DNA of 64,000 bases, taken from the NCBI GenBank assembly GCA_964016885.1, contig OZ024743.1, forward strand, positions 54,250,001 to 54,314,000. Direction: 5' to 3'. This DNA is from Eledone cirrhosa (lineage: Eukaryota). The first letter of the stretch is position 1; each line of letters opens with the position of its first letter. The position numbers and the translations under genes are program-made. Below, one piece after another: positions 27,731 through 42,162 of the stretch. Below the pieces are notes generated by a model that saw nothing but the letters and a program-made list of their open reading frames with translations, was not told the origin of the DNA and made no database searches.

Positions 27731-28387
27731 TATAGATGACATATCTACCAGATAGAAACCGGTTCACGAGTTCTTCTCACTTAACATGAGTGGCATCGGA
27801 AAGAAATCAATGATTATATTTCAACATGGCAGTAATGTTTTTTAAACAATATGCCAAAATTAAAATTTTGCAGAAGCATTCTGTTGTTACCACCACCTTC
27901 TCATTCTCGCCACCTCCCTCATAAACCTATTCATCATCATCGTCAGTTAAGGTACTATTTTAATGATCATAATAATATATTTTTGGTGGCTTAACAATCT
28001 ACCAGTTATATACTGTGGTTTGTAAATGTCAAAGAAATCAATAATTAAAATTTGCCTAGACAGTAATTTTATCATACAATATGTCAAAATCACAATTCTG
28101 CAAGGAAACTAGATTAATAATTCGATGTTTTATGTAGAATTAGATTTATGCAAAAATAATATCCGGACAATTTGTATAAAGAGGAAGCGTTCATTGATCA
28201 TGTAGCAAAGATAAACATAGTTTTATTATTTTCACTTCAAAGGAATGAATATTCCAATTAAATTGTGTGATTCTAAACCATAAATCAACGCGAAACAAAC
28301 AGGATGATGTCTCCGATGTTTAGAGAGACCGGGTGCCTAAATAATTTACAGATTTACCTATTATACTTCACTGGCGGGGTCATCGTC

Positions 28388-28466
<79 letters not shown>

Positions 28467-28511
28467 CTGAAATACTGTTAGCTTCTCGCTAAAACAATTT
28501 CTATACCTTTC

Positions 28512-28563
<52 letters not shown>

Positions 28564-28566
28564 ATA

Positions 28567-28633
<67 letters not shown>

Positions 28634-28924
28634 ATGTGCTTGACAGCTGACAGAGAGGAGTACTCAATACCGAAGTAGAGTTTTAATATTAATTTATATT
28701 AAAGCGAAACTGCAGAGTAACAAGACTAACTTTTTAGTCTTAACATAAATGAATATACATATATATAGTGGGGTGCTGAACATTTCCTGGTCGATTCGAC
28801 TCCAACTATATTATTTTTACACAATGAATATTATTATAATATGAAAAGACCTCCATCCTTTTCGACGACGAGTACCGACACTAGCAAGATAAGATATCTA
28901 ACCTTCACTGGTAACTTAGATATA

Positions 28925-29260
28925 AAAGGGACCTCCGTCGGTTTCGACGATGAATGGTCCAGTTGTTCGATCAACGTCTGAAACTCCCCAGATAATTAAC
29001 GTACAAATGTCTGGGCATTTCACATACACGTATACATTTAACGTGATTCTCAGGAAGATTCAGCGTTACACAATGTGTGAAAAGGCCGGATCTTTGAATT
29101 ACAGGTGTAGTTCATACGACAAGTCTTTAAACAGTTTCCATCAATCCAATTTCATTCACAAGGCGTAGGTCTACTACATAAGGCTATAGTAAATAAAACT
29201 TACCCAAGATGCTACGCAGCGGGATCGAGCTGGGGACATAATGATTACGAATTTATCTTC
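28925..29260 (-). mobile_element. Second tRNA-derived SINE family (other copies ~30895-31330 +, 40150-40430 +, 45370-45620 -, 46210-46320 +, 52735-53070 -)
   Basis: Shared CTCCGTCGGTTTCGACGATGA..TTTGAATTACAG..CAGTTTCC..CCCAAGATG..GGGATCGA motifs. Confidence 0.7.
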
Positions 29261-29420
29261 TTGAAAATTTGTCCATGTTTTTATAAAAATATATTCTTTT
29301 TGATGCGCCTGCATTGAAACAGATAACACCTCAGGGGAGTTTTAAGATAATTTTACCTGCTATATCAGAAGTTAGACTTTCGGAACCCACGATAGGAATT
29401 ACCTACCACGAATTACTCTG

Positions 29421-29491
<71 letters not shown>

Positions 29492-30599
29492 TCTTAATAG
29501 GCATTTGAACTGTCAACAGGCTGCGGTTCGCACACACATCCCTGCTGACCATTATCACAACAACGAACCTCTTTACTACTACTACACACACACACATATT
29601 TGTTTTGAAAGACTTATTTTTCAGTGACTTCTCAATCAGCTGACACAAACCTACATTTGGCGCAAAATCAATTTTTAACATTCACATGACCTCTACCGAC
29701 CAATCAAAATTGTTTTCACCACAAGAATTTTTGCAACACGAATTGGCGCGAAGCTTATTTAAATACCGCTGGAGCCACTTTTTTCACATAAAAACAGGTA
29801 GAATTTCCAAAACTAATCAAATTAGAGCAAACATCACGGACGCTCTATCTCAAAATTATTTTTGAAAAGCATTAGAAATGCGCAACCGGTAAAACTTAAA
29901 ACCAAAACTGAATACTAACCAATACTATTACTAATTCTCACTTATTCCTAATTAAACTATTTTTCACTGTGAACAATTTGTCAGCATTTTCTTTTCCGTT
30001 TACCAATATATATATATATATATATATAAACTTTATTCTTTTTCATTAACATAAATATCAAAAATATTAATCATGTATAATCATTTAAAATTTTTACCAA
30101 AAGTTTTTTAGGGAAGGCCTCAAATTTCATATAGCTTAGGACCTCATCAGGTGAAAGTCAAGCCGTGCTCATCATGGGGTCGTTTTGATGCAATATTTTA
30201 CAACTGAATTTCCTTCCTAGCGCCAAATCCATTAATCGTTTTTTATAAACAGGCAAGGATAAGACTGCTGTTTAGAGAAACCCAAGAAAATTATGAATAT
30301 ACATATATATGATACACAATATCAGTTTTCTTCTCCTTCTGTGAAGTTAGGAGTAATCCTGCCCTCGAGTGTGGTGAGGTCTATGCAGTTTAATTTTCTA
30401 ATTAAATCGTACCGTAGTCGATGGCTGCAGGAAAAATGTAGACAGGGAGAGAATTCCAGAGTACCTAGGTTGTTGTGGGAAAAGAGCGTAGCTGGTAATT
30501 CAGAGCTTGTCGGGGTTGGCATAATATTAATGAAGAAATGAGAAGAGCCGAGTGAGTTAAATGGGCCTAACTGGAAATATAATTGACAAATGTTTAATA

Positions 30600-30762
30600 C
30601 AGGCATGGGCAACATTTTTTGAGCAGTGGATCGCATAGGATGTGGGTCATCATAAGGCATTACAAAAATAAATAAATAAAGGCAATTTTGAAATTAGGCG
30701 TGCCATTTAGATAATAAAAAACGGCGGCATGTGGCCCACGGGGCGGAATTTTCACATCATTG
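30600..30762. mobile_element. hAT (Charlie-like) MITE
   Basis: Starts CAGGCATGGGCAAC; perfect 8-bp TSD GTTTAATA at 30592-30599 and 30763-30770. Confidence 0.75.
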
Positions 30763-31707
30763 GTTTAATACTTTAATTATCTGTGGGACACGAGGCGGCA
30801 CCCAAACTCCGTTTGAACGGACCTTCTGCTTCTTCTTACATCACTCAATTCAACATTGATCCTGTCAGTGTCACTGTTGATGTCCAAGTTAGAGGGCGCA
30901 CCATGATCGAATGACTTAGACGTTTGTTTCGCGATCATTAGGTCCAGGGTTCGGCCCCACTGCTTGGCATATTTAGACGAGTGTCATTAACTATAGATTC
31001 GGTGATATTGACATACATTTCGCAGAGGGAAACTATTTGGAAGCCCGTAAGTTTGACTACTCCTGTAATTCACAGAGAACAGCCTTGTCATAGCACTGTA
31101 TCACGCTGAATCTCCCTAATAATCGCGTTATGGATACACGTGTCTATGGTATACTCAATCACTTATCCTATTATATAAAATGAACAATTTGTAACATAAA
31201 ATCTCTGAGAATTATGCAAGGGGTATATGTGTCTAAGAAACGCCCAGTAGCTTGTTCGTTAATTTCATAAGCCGGTTGTTTCGGTCATCGTTCAACTAGA
31301 ACACTCCTCGTTGAAACTGACGGAGGTCCATTCTATGTGTACATTACCAAAAGTGGTTAAATATCTTCCTAGTGTTGATGTCTTAACTGCAGATCTCTCC
31401 AAGTATCCAGTTCAATAAATAATCAAATGTTGTTACTAGCTCTGGTACAACCAAACATGTTTGGGGAAGTCTTCATATAGAATGTAGACAGTTCTGATGT
31501 CCAAAACGTCTATTGTGAGTCTACTGAAGTATTACTGTCTCAATCTCGCTTTTCTCATAGCACAAACGTATGCAACCTTCCCATAAATACCGACATATTT
31601 CGGTAGCATTTCTCATTGGAAACATGAGAGTTGTATAGGCCATTGATATCCTCATTCTTCGTCTGGTTAGCAATCTCTCCACGATTGACTATCAAATCTG
31701 CACACTT

Positions 31708-32192
31708 GTTTGTATGTATATATATGTATGTAAGTATGTTTATATGTATGCGTGTATGTGTGTATGTGTGGGTGTGTATATGTATGTATATATGTATATA
31801 GATACAGTTGTATTCATGTAATGGCATGCATGTCTCTTTAGAGCACGAGTGTGTGTTTTTTTGTTTTTATGTATGTATGTGTGTATGTTTGTATGTATGT
31901 ATGTGTGTGTGTATGTGTGTACATACATATGTATGCATGAATGTATGTGTGTGTATGTATGTACGTACCTATGTATGCATGGATGTATGTGTGGGTGTGT
32001 ATGTTTGCATGTGGGTGTGTATATATATATGTATGTATATATGTATGTATGAATATATGTATGTATGTATATATGTATATATATGTGTATGTATGGATGC
32101 ATGTATGTGGTATGTATGTATGTATGTATGTATGTATGTATGTATGTATGTATGTATGTATGTATGTATGTATGTATGCATGCATGCATGTA

Positions 32193-32223
<31 letters not shown>

Positions 32224-32669
32224 ATATATGTATGTATGTATGTATGTGTGTATGTATGTATGAATGCATGTATATGGTATGTATGTATGTATGTATGTAT
32301 GTATGTATGTATGTATGAATGTATGTATGTATGTATGTATGTATGTATGTATGTATGTATGTATGTATGTATGTATGTATGTATGTATGTATGTATGAGT
32401 GTTGTATGTAAGTACCTACGTCTGACCATGTTAGAGCTAGATGTATATGGCTTACTATATATATTTGTGCGCTTGTGAGAAGGTATGTGCAGTTGTATGT
32501 GCATTTATTTATAAGTATGTATGCGCGTATGTGTTTGTGACTATTATGTGTTACCATTATTTATATGAGTGTATGTGTGAGAGTGGGGGTGGGGGTGTGA
32601 TTGAGTGCGTAAATCTTTGTCAGTTTTTGCATATCAGTATATGCGGTTATTCCGCCCCTCTCTCCCTCT

Positions 32670-32716
<47 letters not shown>

Positions 32717-32868
32717 CATACACACTCATACACACACATATTATATATATACATACATACACACACATATATATATATATATGCATACATACACACACAT
32801 ACACACACATATATGTATACGTAGATACGCACACATATATACATACACATTTATACATATACCTACAC

Positions 32869-32899
<31 letters not shown>

Positions 32900-32965
32900 T
32901 ATATATATTTATATAAACACATATATATTATATATAAACACACATATACATACATATATATATAC

Positions 32966-33000
<35 letters not shown>

Positions 33001-33110
33001 TACTTACTTATATGTATATGTGTGTGTGTGTATATATATATATACACACACACACATATACTTAAATATATACACACACACACACACATATATATATAAT
33101 ATATGTATGT
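31708..33110. repeat. (TATG)n plus (CA)/(TA) compound microsatellite
   Basis: Direct inspection. Confidence 0.95.
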
Positions 33111-33689
33111 CAGTGCAATATGTCAGTGAATGTATGTATCAGCTACTATATAGATTCTGAATATACATATATAATATAAATGTACGAGATTCAATTGCTG
33201 CAAAATTGCATTGTTTCTAAGTCCAAACAAAGAAACGCTATAAATTCCAGCAACTGGCGCTCGACCAATTCCACCTATCTTATTTCATTATGATGAATTA
33301 CATTGCTATTCCAATCAATTTCTGCTGGCCTTATATATTTTACTGGAACTTTCCATAAAAAGAGAAGCACGGTTAAATAGAATTGACAGTACTGTACTCT
33401 GTGTGTGTGCGTCTCTGTGTGTATGTGTATGATTCTGTTTTTATGTACTTAAGTATATGTATGTATATGTATATATCTGTGATTGTGTGTGTGTGTATGT
33501 GTATTGTTCTCCAATAATATGTAATTTTTATAAAAGACATGAAGGTTTTTCGAAGATAATGTCTTGCTTTTGAAGGGTTTTAATTTCCAATTACTTGTTG
33601 AGCACTTTAGGTCAATAATATGTCGTTTAAACTTGTTAAGATCTGATAAAACATTGGTACATATAGAAACACACAAGTGTGTGTATTAT

Positions 33690-33812
33690 ATTACATTCTG
33701 AGTTCAAATCCCGCCGAGGTTAACTTTGCCTTTCATCCTACGGGGTCGATAAAATAAAGTACCAGTAATGCACTGGTAATTGCTGGCCTTGTGCCAAAAG
33801 TAGAAACAATTA
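33690..33812 (+). mobile_element. MetaSINE-like SINE, 5'-truncated
   Basis: B box plus core motif. Confidence 0.82.
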
Positions 33813-34019
33813 TATTATATTATTTTGCATAGAGTTTTCACTACGAGACAACCCTGTTCGTAACTGTCAACCTTCTTACATTATCTCCCCAAGCAACATT
33901 GATACCACAAGGAAAGATCGAGACACTTTTTTCCCACCATTGTTCATAGAGCCATTACTACAAACCGGGTGCTGCTGTATCAGCTTCAATCATGTCTAAT
34001 GTCGAAAGTCTGTCTCAAG

Positions 34020-34275
34020 CCAGGAGACTCGTCAGGCCGGTGATTATCCTGACTTCATGGCGGTAAGTGATTGACAGTACAAGACTTCCCCCTGGACAGG
34101 ACGCCAGCCACTCGCGGGGTTAAAACCCCAGCTATTGCTGATACTCATTTTTCAGCTAAGCATTCTGGAGCAACGTGAAATAAATTGTTTTGTTCAAGAA
34201 CACAACACACAGACCAGCCCATGAATCGAACCCACAACATTATGATCTTAAGTCTAACACCCTCGCAACCAGGCC
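34020..34275 (-). mobile_element. Third tRNA-derived SINE family (also ~14330-14445)
   Basis: GGAGCAACGTGAAAT..TCAAGAACACAAC..AATCGAACCCAC (B-box complement). Confidence 0.6.
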
Positions 34276-34279
34276 TATT

Positions 34280-34850
34280 TTGTTGTACTACTCGATGATG
34301 TTTCGTTTTGCTCTGTGTATTCGTCTTTTCCTCACGTAATTTTGCGATAATCTCCTTTCATTTCCATTTTGCCGATCATGGATCTGTTATTTCTTCTATG
34401 TGCAATGTCAGCCAGACAGAACATTCTTGATCTAGGAAGTAATCCACGACATCCCCACTATACTAGACTAACTGTGCACTGCTATTTTTGTGCCAAATAC
34501 GGTTTCTTAAATTCTTCATTTTGTCGGCCATTCCTTTTATCCGTATACTCAATATTGCTTTCCCAAGGTACTGTCAACTCAACAAGTATGAGGTTTCTAT
34601 GAAACCAGTGCATGCTATAATGTCAGAGTATTATTTCATTATCGCAGTATTTCTTGGCAACTCGAGTGCTTCCTCGAAATCCACCTCCGACGTCCTTTTT
34701 TGTCTTCCTTGTAGAAAACAATAGGATGCAAATTCAGAAGTAGACGAATAAAGGATCCTAATGGCTGATGGGGTCGTAGATGTGTAGTGATGACAGACTG
34801 TGTGTCTTGGGCATTTTAGAACCAGGCGTAGGACACAAATATACATTAGT
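34280..34850 (-). mobile_element. Decayed RLE-type non-LTR retrotransposon C-terminus (HERO/R2-like)
   Basis: Minus strand (S)DIIA..LILVELTVPWESNI.. and xGCRG, typical restriction-like endonuclease motifs, with stops and frameshifts. Confidence 0.65.
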
Positions 34851-35110
34851 TCACTGACATTTATGATAAGACAGAGGACAACTAGCTGTCAGCAGAATTG
34901 ACGAAACTTTTACTTCTCATATAATTCGGTTTAGGTAGCTGGTGGGAAAGAACGGCTCAGCACCCTATAATAAGGCACTGGAAAGATAACACGTGTTTCG
35001 TTACACTGCGGGTTGCGTTCAAACTCACCTTTGGAACTTAAGACATGTCCTACAGTATACTGTTACACATTACAATACACTAGCTGTTGTGTCGTACATT
35101 GAAGTCGAAT

Positions 35111-35178
35111 TCTTCTTCTTCTTCTTCTTCTTCTTCTTCTTCTTCTTCTTCTTCTTCTTCTTCTTCTTCTTCTTCTTC
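35111..35178. repeat. (CTT)n microsatellite
   Basis: Direct inspection. Confidence 0.97.
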
Positions 35179-36436
35179 TAGAGAGAGAAAGAGAGACAGG
35201 AAGGAGAGAAAGAGATAGAAGTTCAGTCTAATCCAAGCAGTTTCCTGCCTCCCAACATCTCGCAGGCCCTGAAAAGGGGCATTTGCACCGCTCTTCTCTC
35301 CCTCTAACGAAAAAATCGGAAAAAAAGTATTGACGTACTTGGTTACATAACTAACTGCTTTTGCAACCAATATTCGAAACCAGAGAGTACAAAGCCAATT
35401 AATAGATTACATTTACAAGGTATTAATGTTACTCTGAAAATATGTAAAATATTCTAGGCGTGTAGTCTACAATGAGCAGTATACACACGTGAAGACATAC
35501 ACACATACGCAAAAACGTATAGATATGTACATATACATAAATCAAAACATACAACTCCATACATAATGTTATATAAATTCTTGAGCATATACATATGTTT
35601 AGAGATAAATAAATACATACATACATACATACACGCTACGTAGTTGACGTCTAAATTCCAATGAAAGAGCCTTGTTTATGAGTTAGAAAGCGACGCTTTC
35701 TTTATTGGTATGAAATTTAAAAAATAACAACATTATACATATATGCATACATACACACATATATATATATATCCATACGTACATACACAAAAACACACAC
35801 ATAAATGTATACTCCCACATCTCAAATCACACACATACTCGCAGACCTCATCACCATCACTCAACACTCATATATCCCCGTATGAAATCTATCTGACAGA
35901 TATGGCTGTAAAACACATGCAGCTTGAAAGCAATTTAAAACCGCAATGTGAGAAGAATTTTTACCAAATTCTTTCAGTCCCCATTTTGTTATGCCTAGCA
36001 TAGTCTTGTTTATATTGTTCATAAGTAGTTCCACGCTATATTCTTTCGGTAGCTTGAAAGCCAGAGGTAAGCGATCCTTAATGAGATTTTAATGGAAAAC
36101 GAAACTAGTCGGTTCAATCTTCATTCCAAGCGTTCAAAGCACATGTGTATTTACCACAGGTTCTACTTTCACATTGTGTATACATATGTTTTCATTAGAC
36201 ATATGGATAAGAGTCTGTATACTTATTTATTAAAAACTCATGATGCATTCTTACACTAGTTTATGTATATATATTTCTGTTGATATACAGCAGAGTAGAT
36301 ATGCTTCTTAGGGGCTACTGTTAGGAATTTTCATAAGTACCATCCACTGGTCTGCACGTCCAAAATTGAAACGGTCCTAAAACAATGTATCAAATAACTA
36401 CTTCTCACCTTGTCTTATTCTTTCATTGTTTAAAAG

Positions 36437-36880
36437 TATGGTGGATTGGTAGAATCGGTAGTGCATCGGACAATCTCCTTTGTCGCATAGGGTTACGGCC
36501 CTTTACATTCTGAGTTCAAATTCTGCCGAGGTTAGCTTTGCCTTTCATCCTACGGGGTCTATAACATAAAACACCATTAACGCACTGGGGTCCATTTAAT
36601 CGACTTTCCCCTCACCCCAAATTGCTGGCCTTGTGCCAAGAGTAGACAACATTATTTCATTAGTTACGGTGGATCATCATTATTTCATTAGGGTGGGGAT
36701 TGGCAGTATCGGTAGAGGGTCGGACGCCATGCTTTCCAGCATAGTTACGTCCCTTTATGGTCTGCGTTCAAATCCCGCCGATGTTAACTTTGCCTTTCAT
36801 CCTTACGTGGTCGATAAAATAAAGTACCAGTAATACACTGGTATAATTGCTGGCCTTGTGCCAAAAGTATAAACAATTAT
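36437..36880 (+). mobile_element. Two adjacent MetaSINE-like SINEs
   Basis: Two A box/B box/core units, ~36437-36655 and ~36690-36880. Confidence 0.85.
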
Positions 36881-37135
36881 TTCATTGTTTAACAGTTTAT
36901 ATCTTACTCTGAATTTCTGAATAGTTAACGAAATATATGGAGTTAAATTTCCACACAAAAATTAAATAAAATTTCTTTTTGTTTTGATGGGATATTCACA
37001 CCAACAATACATTGAATTCTAAAATGGTTTTAAATCCTAGCTTCACTAGGTAAAACACTAATATATCTATATATACATATATATATAAAATAAGTAAGTC
37101 AAACATGTTAAATTTGGCTTCGTTTATTATAAATT

Positions 37136-37188
37136 CACTATATATATTTCAGTGACAGCTATTATTGGCTGTGACCTCATCAGGCAGT
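37136..37188 (-). ncRNA. Hammerhead motif (core intact, stem I imperfect)
   Basis: Minus: ACTGC CTGATGA GGTCACAGC-CAATAATA-GCTGTCACT GAAA TATATA TAGT. Confidence 0.65.
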
Positions 37189-37357
37189 ACGAATTGATAT
37201 AGAAAAACACAGGTAAACATGTTGTTGAAATGTGTTCGACTGTCAATTCATCGATATGTCCAGCTCCTGGGTGTGTTGTTAGTCCTCCGAGGAACTGGAA
37301 TCATATATTTAGAGAAAAATAATAGGTCCATTCATATTGCTATAGATATAATATATA

Positions 37358-37398
<41 letters not shown>

Positions 37399-37656
37399 CT
37401 TTGGGAGGGTCATGCTGCCTATAAAATAACACACGCGCGTATTGGGTTTCACTTCAATTTCAATTTATTATTAAAATTTCCCAGTCAGTTAGTGTGATAA
37501 CGGGATTGTTGTTTAATTGCTGATTGTCAAAGCTCGTCCGTCACACATTCCGTGACCTCCTCAGTGACTGCTTTTATTGTTACTTTGTGTCTCTCGTTTG
37601 TTCTTTCTTGCAGCACCTTGTACAGAAGCCGAAACCGGTCTCTTTCTCGCTCCCCC

Positions 37657-37712
<56 letters not shown>

Positions 37713-38049
37713 CTCGATAGCCAGCTAATTGGATCATATCGACATCATTGTTTTCATAGGTATACCTAGGTTGTGTCGCTGAACGCTTTAAGCAATGGCA
37801 AATGTGTGTCACTTAAAGTGTGTGGAGTTGGCCTTTGGAACTAAGCATACTTATCTTAGTAGCAGAAGCTACCCGTTAGGGATAATTTTACTATGTAGGG
37901 TAATATTTGTCTCTCACCTCTTTTCGACCAATAATACCAAAACAGGAAATATACACAAGGTCTTTAGGCACAAATACAATTAAATGAAACCCTTTCTCAA
38001 GACTGAAGTTCTTAATAATGCTTAATATTTAATGAAATCTTTAAATAAT

Positions 38050-38265
38050 GGTTTCTTATACAGGCACAAGGCCAGTAATTTTGGGGTAGGGGAAAGTCGA
38101 TTTAATCGACCCCAGTGCGTGACTGGTACCGTATTTTATCGACCCCATAAGGATGAAAGGCAAAGTTAACCTCGGCGGGATTTGAGCTCAGATCATAAAG
38201 AGCCGTAACTCTATGCTGCAAAGCACGGCGTCCGACCCTCTACCGATACTGCCAATCCATCGCCC
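38050..38265 (-). mobile_element. Full-length MetaSINE-like SINE
   Basis: All motifs present; TSD TTTAAATAAT. Confidence 0.88.
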
Positions 38266-39414
38266 TTTAAATAATCAATGTTGAAATATGGCTATTGCGA
38301 TTATGCTGATGGAATTTAAAATATTGTTTTATTTTGTATCGCAATTATTTTTTTTTTCTACTGTAGAAACGACATTACTTTTCGGTATAACATCTACGGC
38401 ATTATTCTGATCCATATTCTTCGTTATTGTACGGAATTGAAAGGTATGATGAAAGAATTTCTGACTTTACGTTTAGCCCACCATAAATACACATGTTCAG
38501 TATATGAAAACATTAACGAGCGGAAATGTAGAATAATGGTTTCTAATTTAGGTACCTTGTCAACAAATTTGAGACAGTGGGGCAAAAGTTGATTTAAACG
38601 AAGCCAGTAATTAGCTGGTACTTTAATTTAACGAATCCGAAAGGATCAAAGGAAAAGTTGATCGTGGCTTGAACTCAGAACGTAAAGAGCGGGAATAAAT
38701 ACCGCAAAGCATTTAATAAAACAAAATTTAAATCCTTTTTTTTATAAGTTACATCAATGTAATTGTAATCTACATTCTTCGAAAGCAAATCACTGCAAAA
38801 TATAAAATACCATATTAAGAAAAGTATGAGGCAGCAAATTTAGTTGGATACTTATTCATGAAGGATTAACCTAGTACATTTTAAAAGTTTATCTGCTTCA
38901 AATAATAATAATGCTACAAGAGCCATTTACTATATCATAAATACCTAAACAATATAATGACAGTAAAATGAATGTTAAAAGTTTTCTCTTTGTTTATCAG
39001 TTAAGTTTTCAGAAAAAAATCTCTATTTTACGAAGAACAAACAATTAATTGGTGAGATTTCACAAATATAATTATTTATTGTCCCAGTCCCATCGTTTCT
39101 ACCGCAAAGCCGAGCAATGCTGCTTGTAACGTAGTGGCAGGGAAGATGTCCAGAGCTTGTGTAACCGCTTCATTTTCTGTTGCCTTTGAGACCTTTGGTT
39201 TATTCGGTCTCCGGACTGCCTTCATCCTCTGCAAAATAGGGCTGAATGCATCTCGTAAGGTGGAATCGCTGATGCAGTTTGTGTCACTGGCAGTTCTCCA
39301 CGGCAATGTTTTCGCCATTTTGTCCGTTCGGTGCAGTTTGAGATATACCGCCCAACCGGGGGAAGGGAGTTTAAATTTAGTAGCGTTTTTCCCCCCTTCC
39401 CTTTCTTCTGGCAC

Positions 39415-39815
39415 TATCGGTAGAGGGTCATACGCCATGCTTTGCATCATAGAGTTACGGCTCGCTCATTACGGTCTGAGTTCAAATCCCGCTGAGGTTA
39501 ACTTTGCTTTCACCCTTACAGGGTCTATAAAATAAAGCACTAGTAATGCACTGGGGTTTTTTCTGGCCCTGTGCCAAAAGTAGAAACAATTATTCAATTC
39601 AGGATTGGTAGTATCGGTAGAGCGTCGACAACATGATTTGCGGCATAGACTTAGGCCCTTTAAGTTCTGAGTTCAAATCCCGCCGAGGTTAGCTTTTGCC
39701 TTTCATCCTTACAGGTTCAACAAAATAAAGCACCAGTAAGTACTCAGGTCAATTTAATCGACTTTCCCCTCCGCTTCAAATCGCTGGCCTTGTGCCTAAA
39801 GTAGAAACAATTATT
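39415..39815 (+). mobile_element. Two tandem MetaSINE-like SINEs
   Basis: Two B box/core units. Confidence 0.83.
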
Positions 39816-41068
39816 TCATTTTTTCTCTTCCGTTTTTTTTTTCGCTCCTTTTCGCTTCTTTTCTCTCTTTTTCTCTCCCTGTTTATTATTTTAATCTTAT
39901 TTTAAAACACATTCATCATTGTATATTTCTGTTCAGCAATAAATTCCCATTGCCAGTTTGAAGGGTTTTCTAAACAACGAATCAATTTGGTGTAAATAGA
40001 TTAGTTATATATGAACTATTAGTTTGGTAATTTTCCAGAATGTTCGACTGAACTTTCTACTGTGGACTGAGGGCTTACACAATAAAGTCGTCTAGTAAGC
40101 TATTATCTGGTTGAAAGGGGATTGTTGTATTAATTATAGTAAGAAAGTAAAGGTGCGTGACTTACTGGGTAGAGTGTTTGGCTTACGATCGTAAAATCGT
40201 GAGTTCGATTCCTGGCCTCATAATTTATTTCATGTTACTAGAGTCTATTCAGTTGATTTGTACTTGTATTTCAACGAGACATCTTTCTCACACGATCTGT
40301 CAGGATGAATCTCGTTGAGAACTACGTCTTAAGAGTACACGTGCCAGTGGAATGTCCAGCTACTTGCATGTCACTTTCACCATCAGATTGTTCCGTCGTT
40401 CGAACATCGGATAGAATACTTCACCGTATTTGTTCCTTCTGTCTGTGAGCTGTGACCAACAACCCCCACCCATCCGAGGTCAACTTTGCCTTTCATCTTT
40501 TTGATAAATAATGTATGAGTTTAGTAGTAGATTCCATTCATCCTATATATATATATGGTGGTAACTAACTGTTTTTTTTTAGCAATGAACCTACCTGCCA
40601 TCCGGCCTACACTTCACAACTCTTCTACTTTGACCGTTTTGAATTCGTTACTGGCGGCGATCACTTTAGAAACTTTCGTCCTAACTGAGGGAATATCTTG
40701 AAAAGCTCGGAGCCTCATGGATAACACTACGATTAGACATATCCACAAAGTACGAGCGAAACTATCAATAGTCGGAACTAGAAGAATTTTGGTAAACTTT
40801 ATCTACATTTTTTTTTCAAACTTACGTTTTAGACTTAGCTCCGTTTAATTGATTATTCGTCTAGTTAATTTCTACGGACTAAGCGGAAAGACTAGGTAAT
40901 TTTATCTGACTGTTCCTCGCATAGGAAAGTCTGTAACATTTATCTGTTATTTCTTCAAAGTTACATTTTAAACTTAGCTCCGTTTAAATGATTATTTATC
41001 TGGTTGATTTCTACGGACTAATGAGGAAAAGAATTGGATAGATTTTGTCTAACTATTCTTCAAACTTA

Positions 41069-41161
<93 letters not shown>

Positions 41162-41517
41162 CAACAAAGAAAGAGTAATAAGGAACCAGCTGGACCATAA
41201 CGCACCAGGGTACTCGATACTTAAGGTTGTAGCGTTGGTAATAGGAAAAGAGTCAGGACCCCGATGGCTGAGCTCCGGCCGTTTCGACAGCCTGACTCTT
41301 TCGATCAAGACTATTTTCCTTTATATTCGTATATATATATATAAGAAAGGATTTCGCTTCAAGCATAGCTTTATACAATATGTATAAATATTTCGTATCT
41401 CCAAATAAATACGGTTTTCGGAAGCCGTAGCTATGCAAACACCGGGGGACGGGACGGGACGGGGGGGGGGGGGGGGCTAACGCCCTTTGGTGATATCAAG
41501 CAGAAGCAAGGGGGACA

Positions 41518-41561
41518 ACCGTCTATGCATTTCAGGCTTAACTGGCCTTCGTCAGTACGGT
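41518..41561 (-). ncRNA. Minimal type I hammerhead
   Basis: Minus: ACCGTA CTGACGA AGGC-CAGTTAA-GCCT GAAA TGC ATA GACGGT. Confidence 0.82.
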
Positions 41562-41795
41562 CCATCCCACCGCTTGCGACTGCTGGACTAGAAGACAAGC
41601 GAGAATATATACTTTTCTCGTCTGTGTAAATGAGGTGATTAATCTCATTTGCATATGAAGCTGCATAAGTTGGCTCAACTTATAATGAAAAAGAAATAGG
41701 ATTTCGCTTCAAGCATAGCTTTATGCAATATGTATAAATATTTCGTATCTCCAAAGAAATACGCAAGCGGTGGGGGTGGGGGGGTGGGGGTGGGG

Positions 41796-41839
41796 ACCGT
41801 CCTGACGAAGGCCAGTTAAGCTTGAAATGGATAGACGGT
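41796..41839 (+). ncRNA. Minimal type I hammerhead
   Basis: ACCGTC CTGACGA AGGC-CAGTTAA-GCTT GAAA TGG ATA GACGGT. Confidence 0.85.
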
Positions 41840-42118
41840 TGTACCCCTTGCTTCTGCTGGACATCACCAGAGGGCGTTAGCCCCCCGGTCTTTGCATAGC
41901 TACGGCTTCCTAAAACCGTATTTCTTTGGAGATACGAAATATTTATACATATTGCATAAAGCTATGGTTGAAGCGAAATCCTATTTCTTTTTTATTATAA
42001 GTTGAGCCAACTTATGCAGCTTCATATGCAAATGAGATTAATCACCTCATTTACACAGACGAGAAAAGTATATATTCTCGCCTGTCTTCTAGTCCAGCAG
42101 TCGCAAGTGGTGGGAGGG

Positions 42119-42162
42119 ACCGTCCTGAGGAAGGCCAGTTAAGCCTGAAATGCATAGACGGT
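42119..42162 (+). ncRNA. Minimal type I hammerhead
   Basis: ACCGTC CTGAGGA AGGC-CAGTTAA-GCCT GAAA TGC ATA GACGGT; palindromic stem III ATGCAT. Confidence 0.87.

Noticed and set aside
30110-30155. Minus-strand CTGATGA..GAAA as a hammerhead
   Set aside because: No stem I, II or III pairing.
34631-34710. Host exon on the minus strand
   Set aside because: All frames stop, and the region lies within an RLE retrotransposon remnant.
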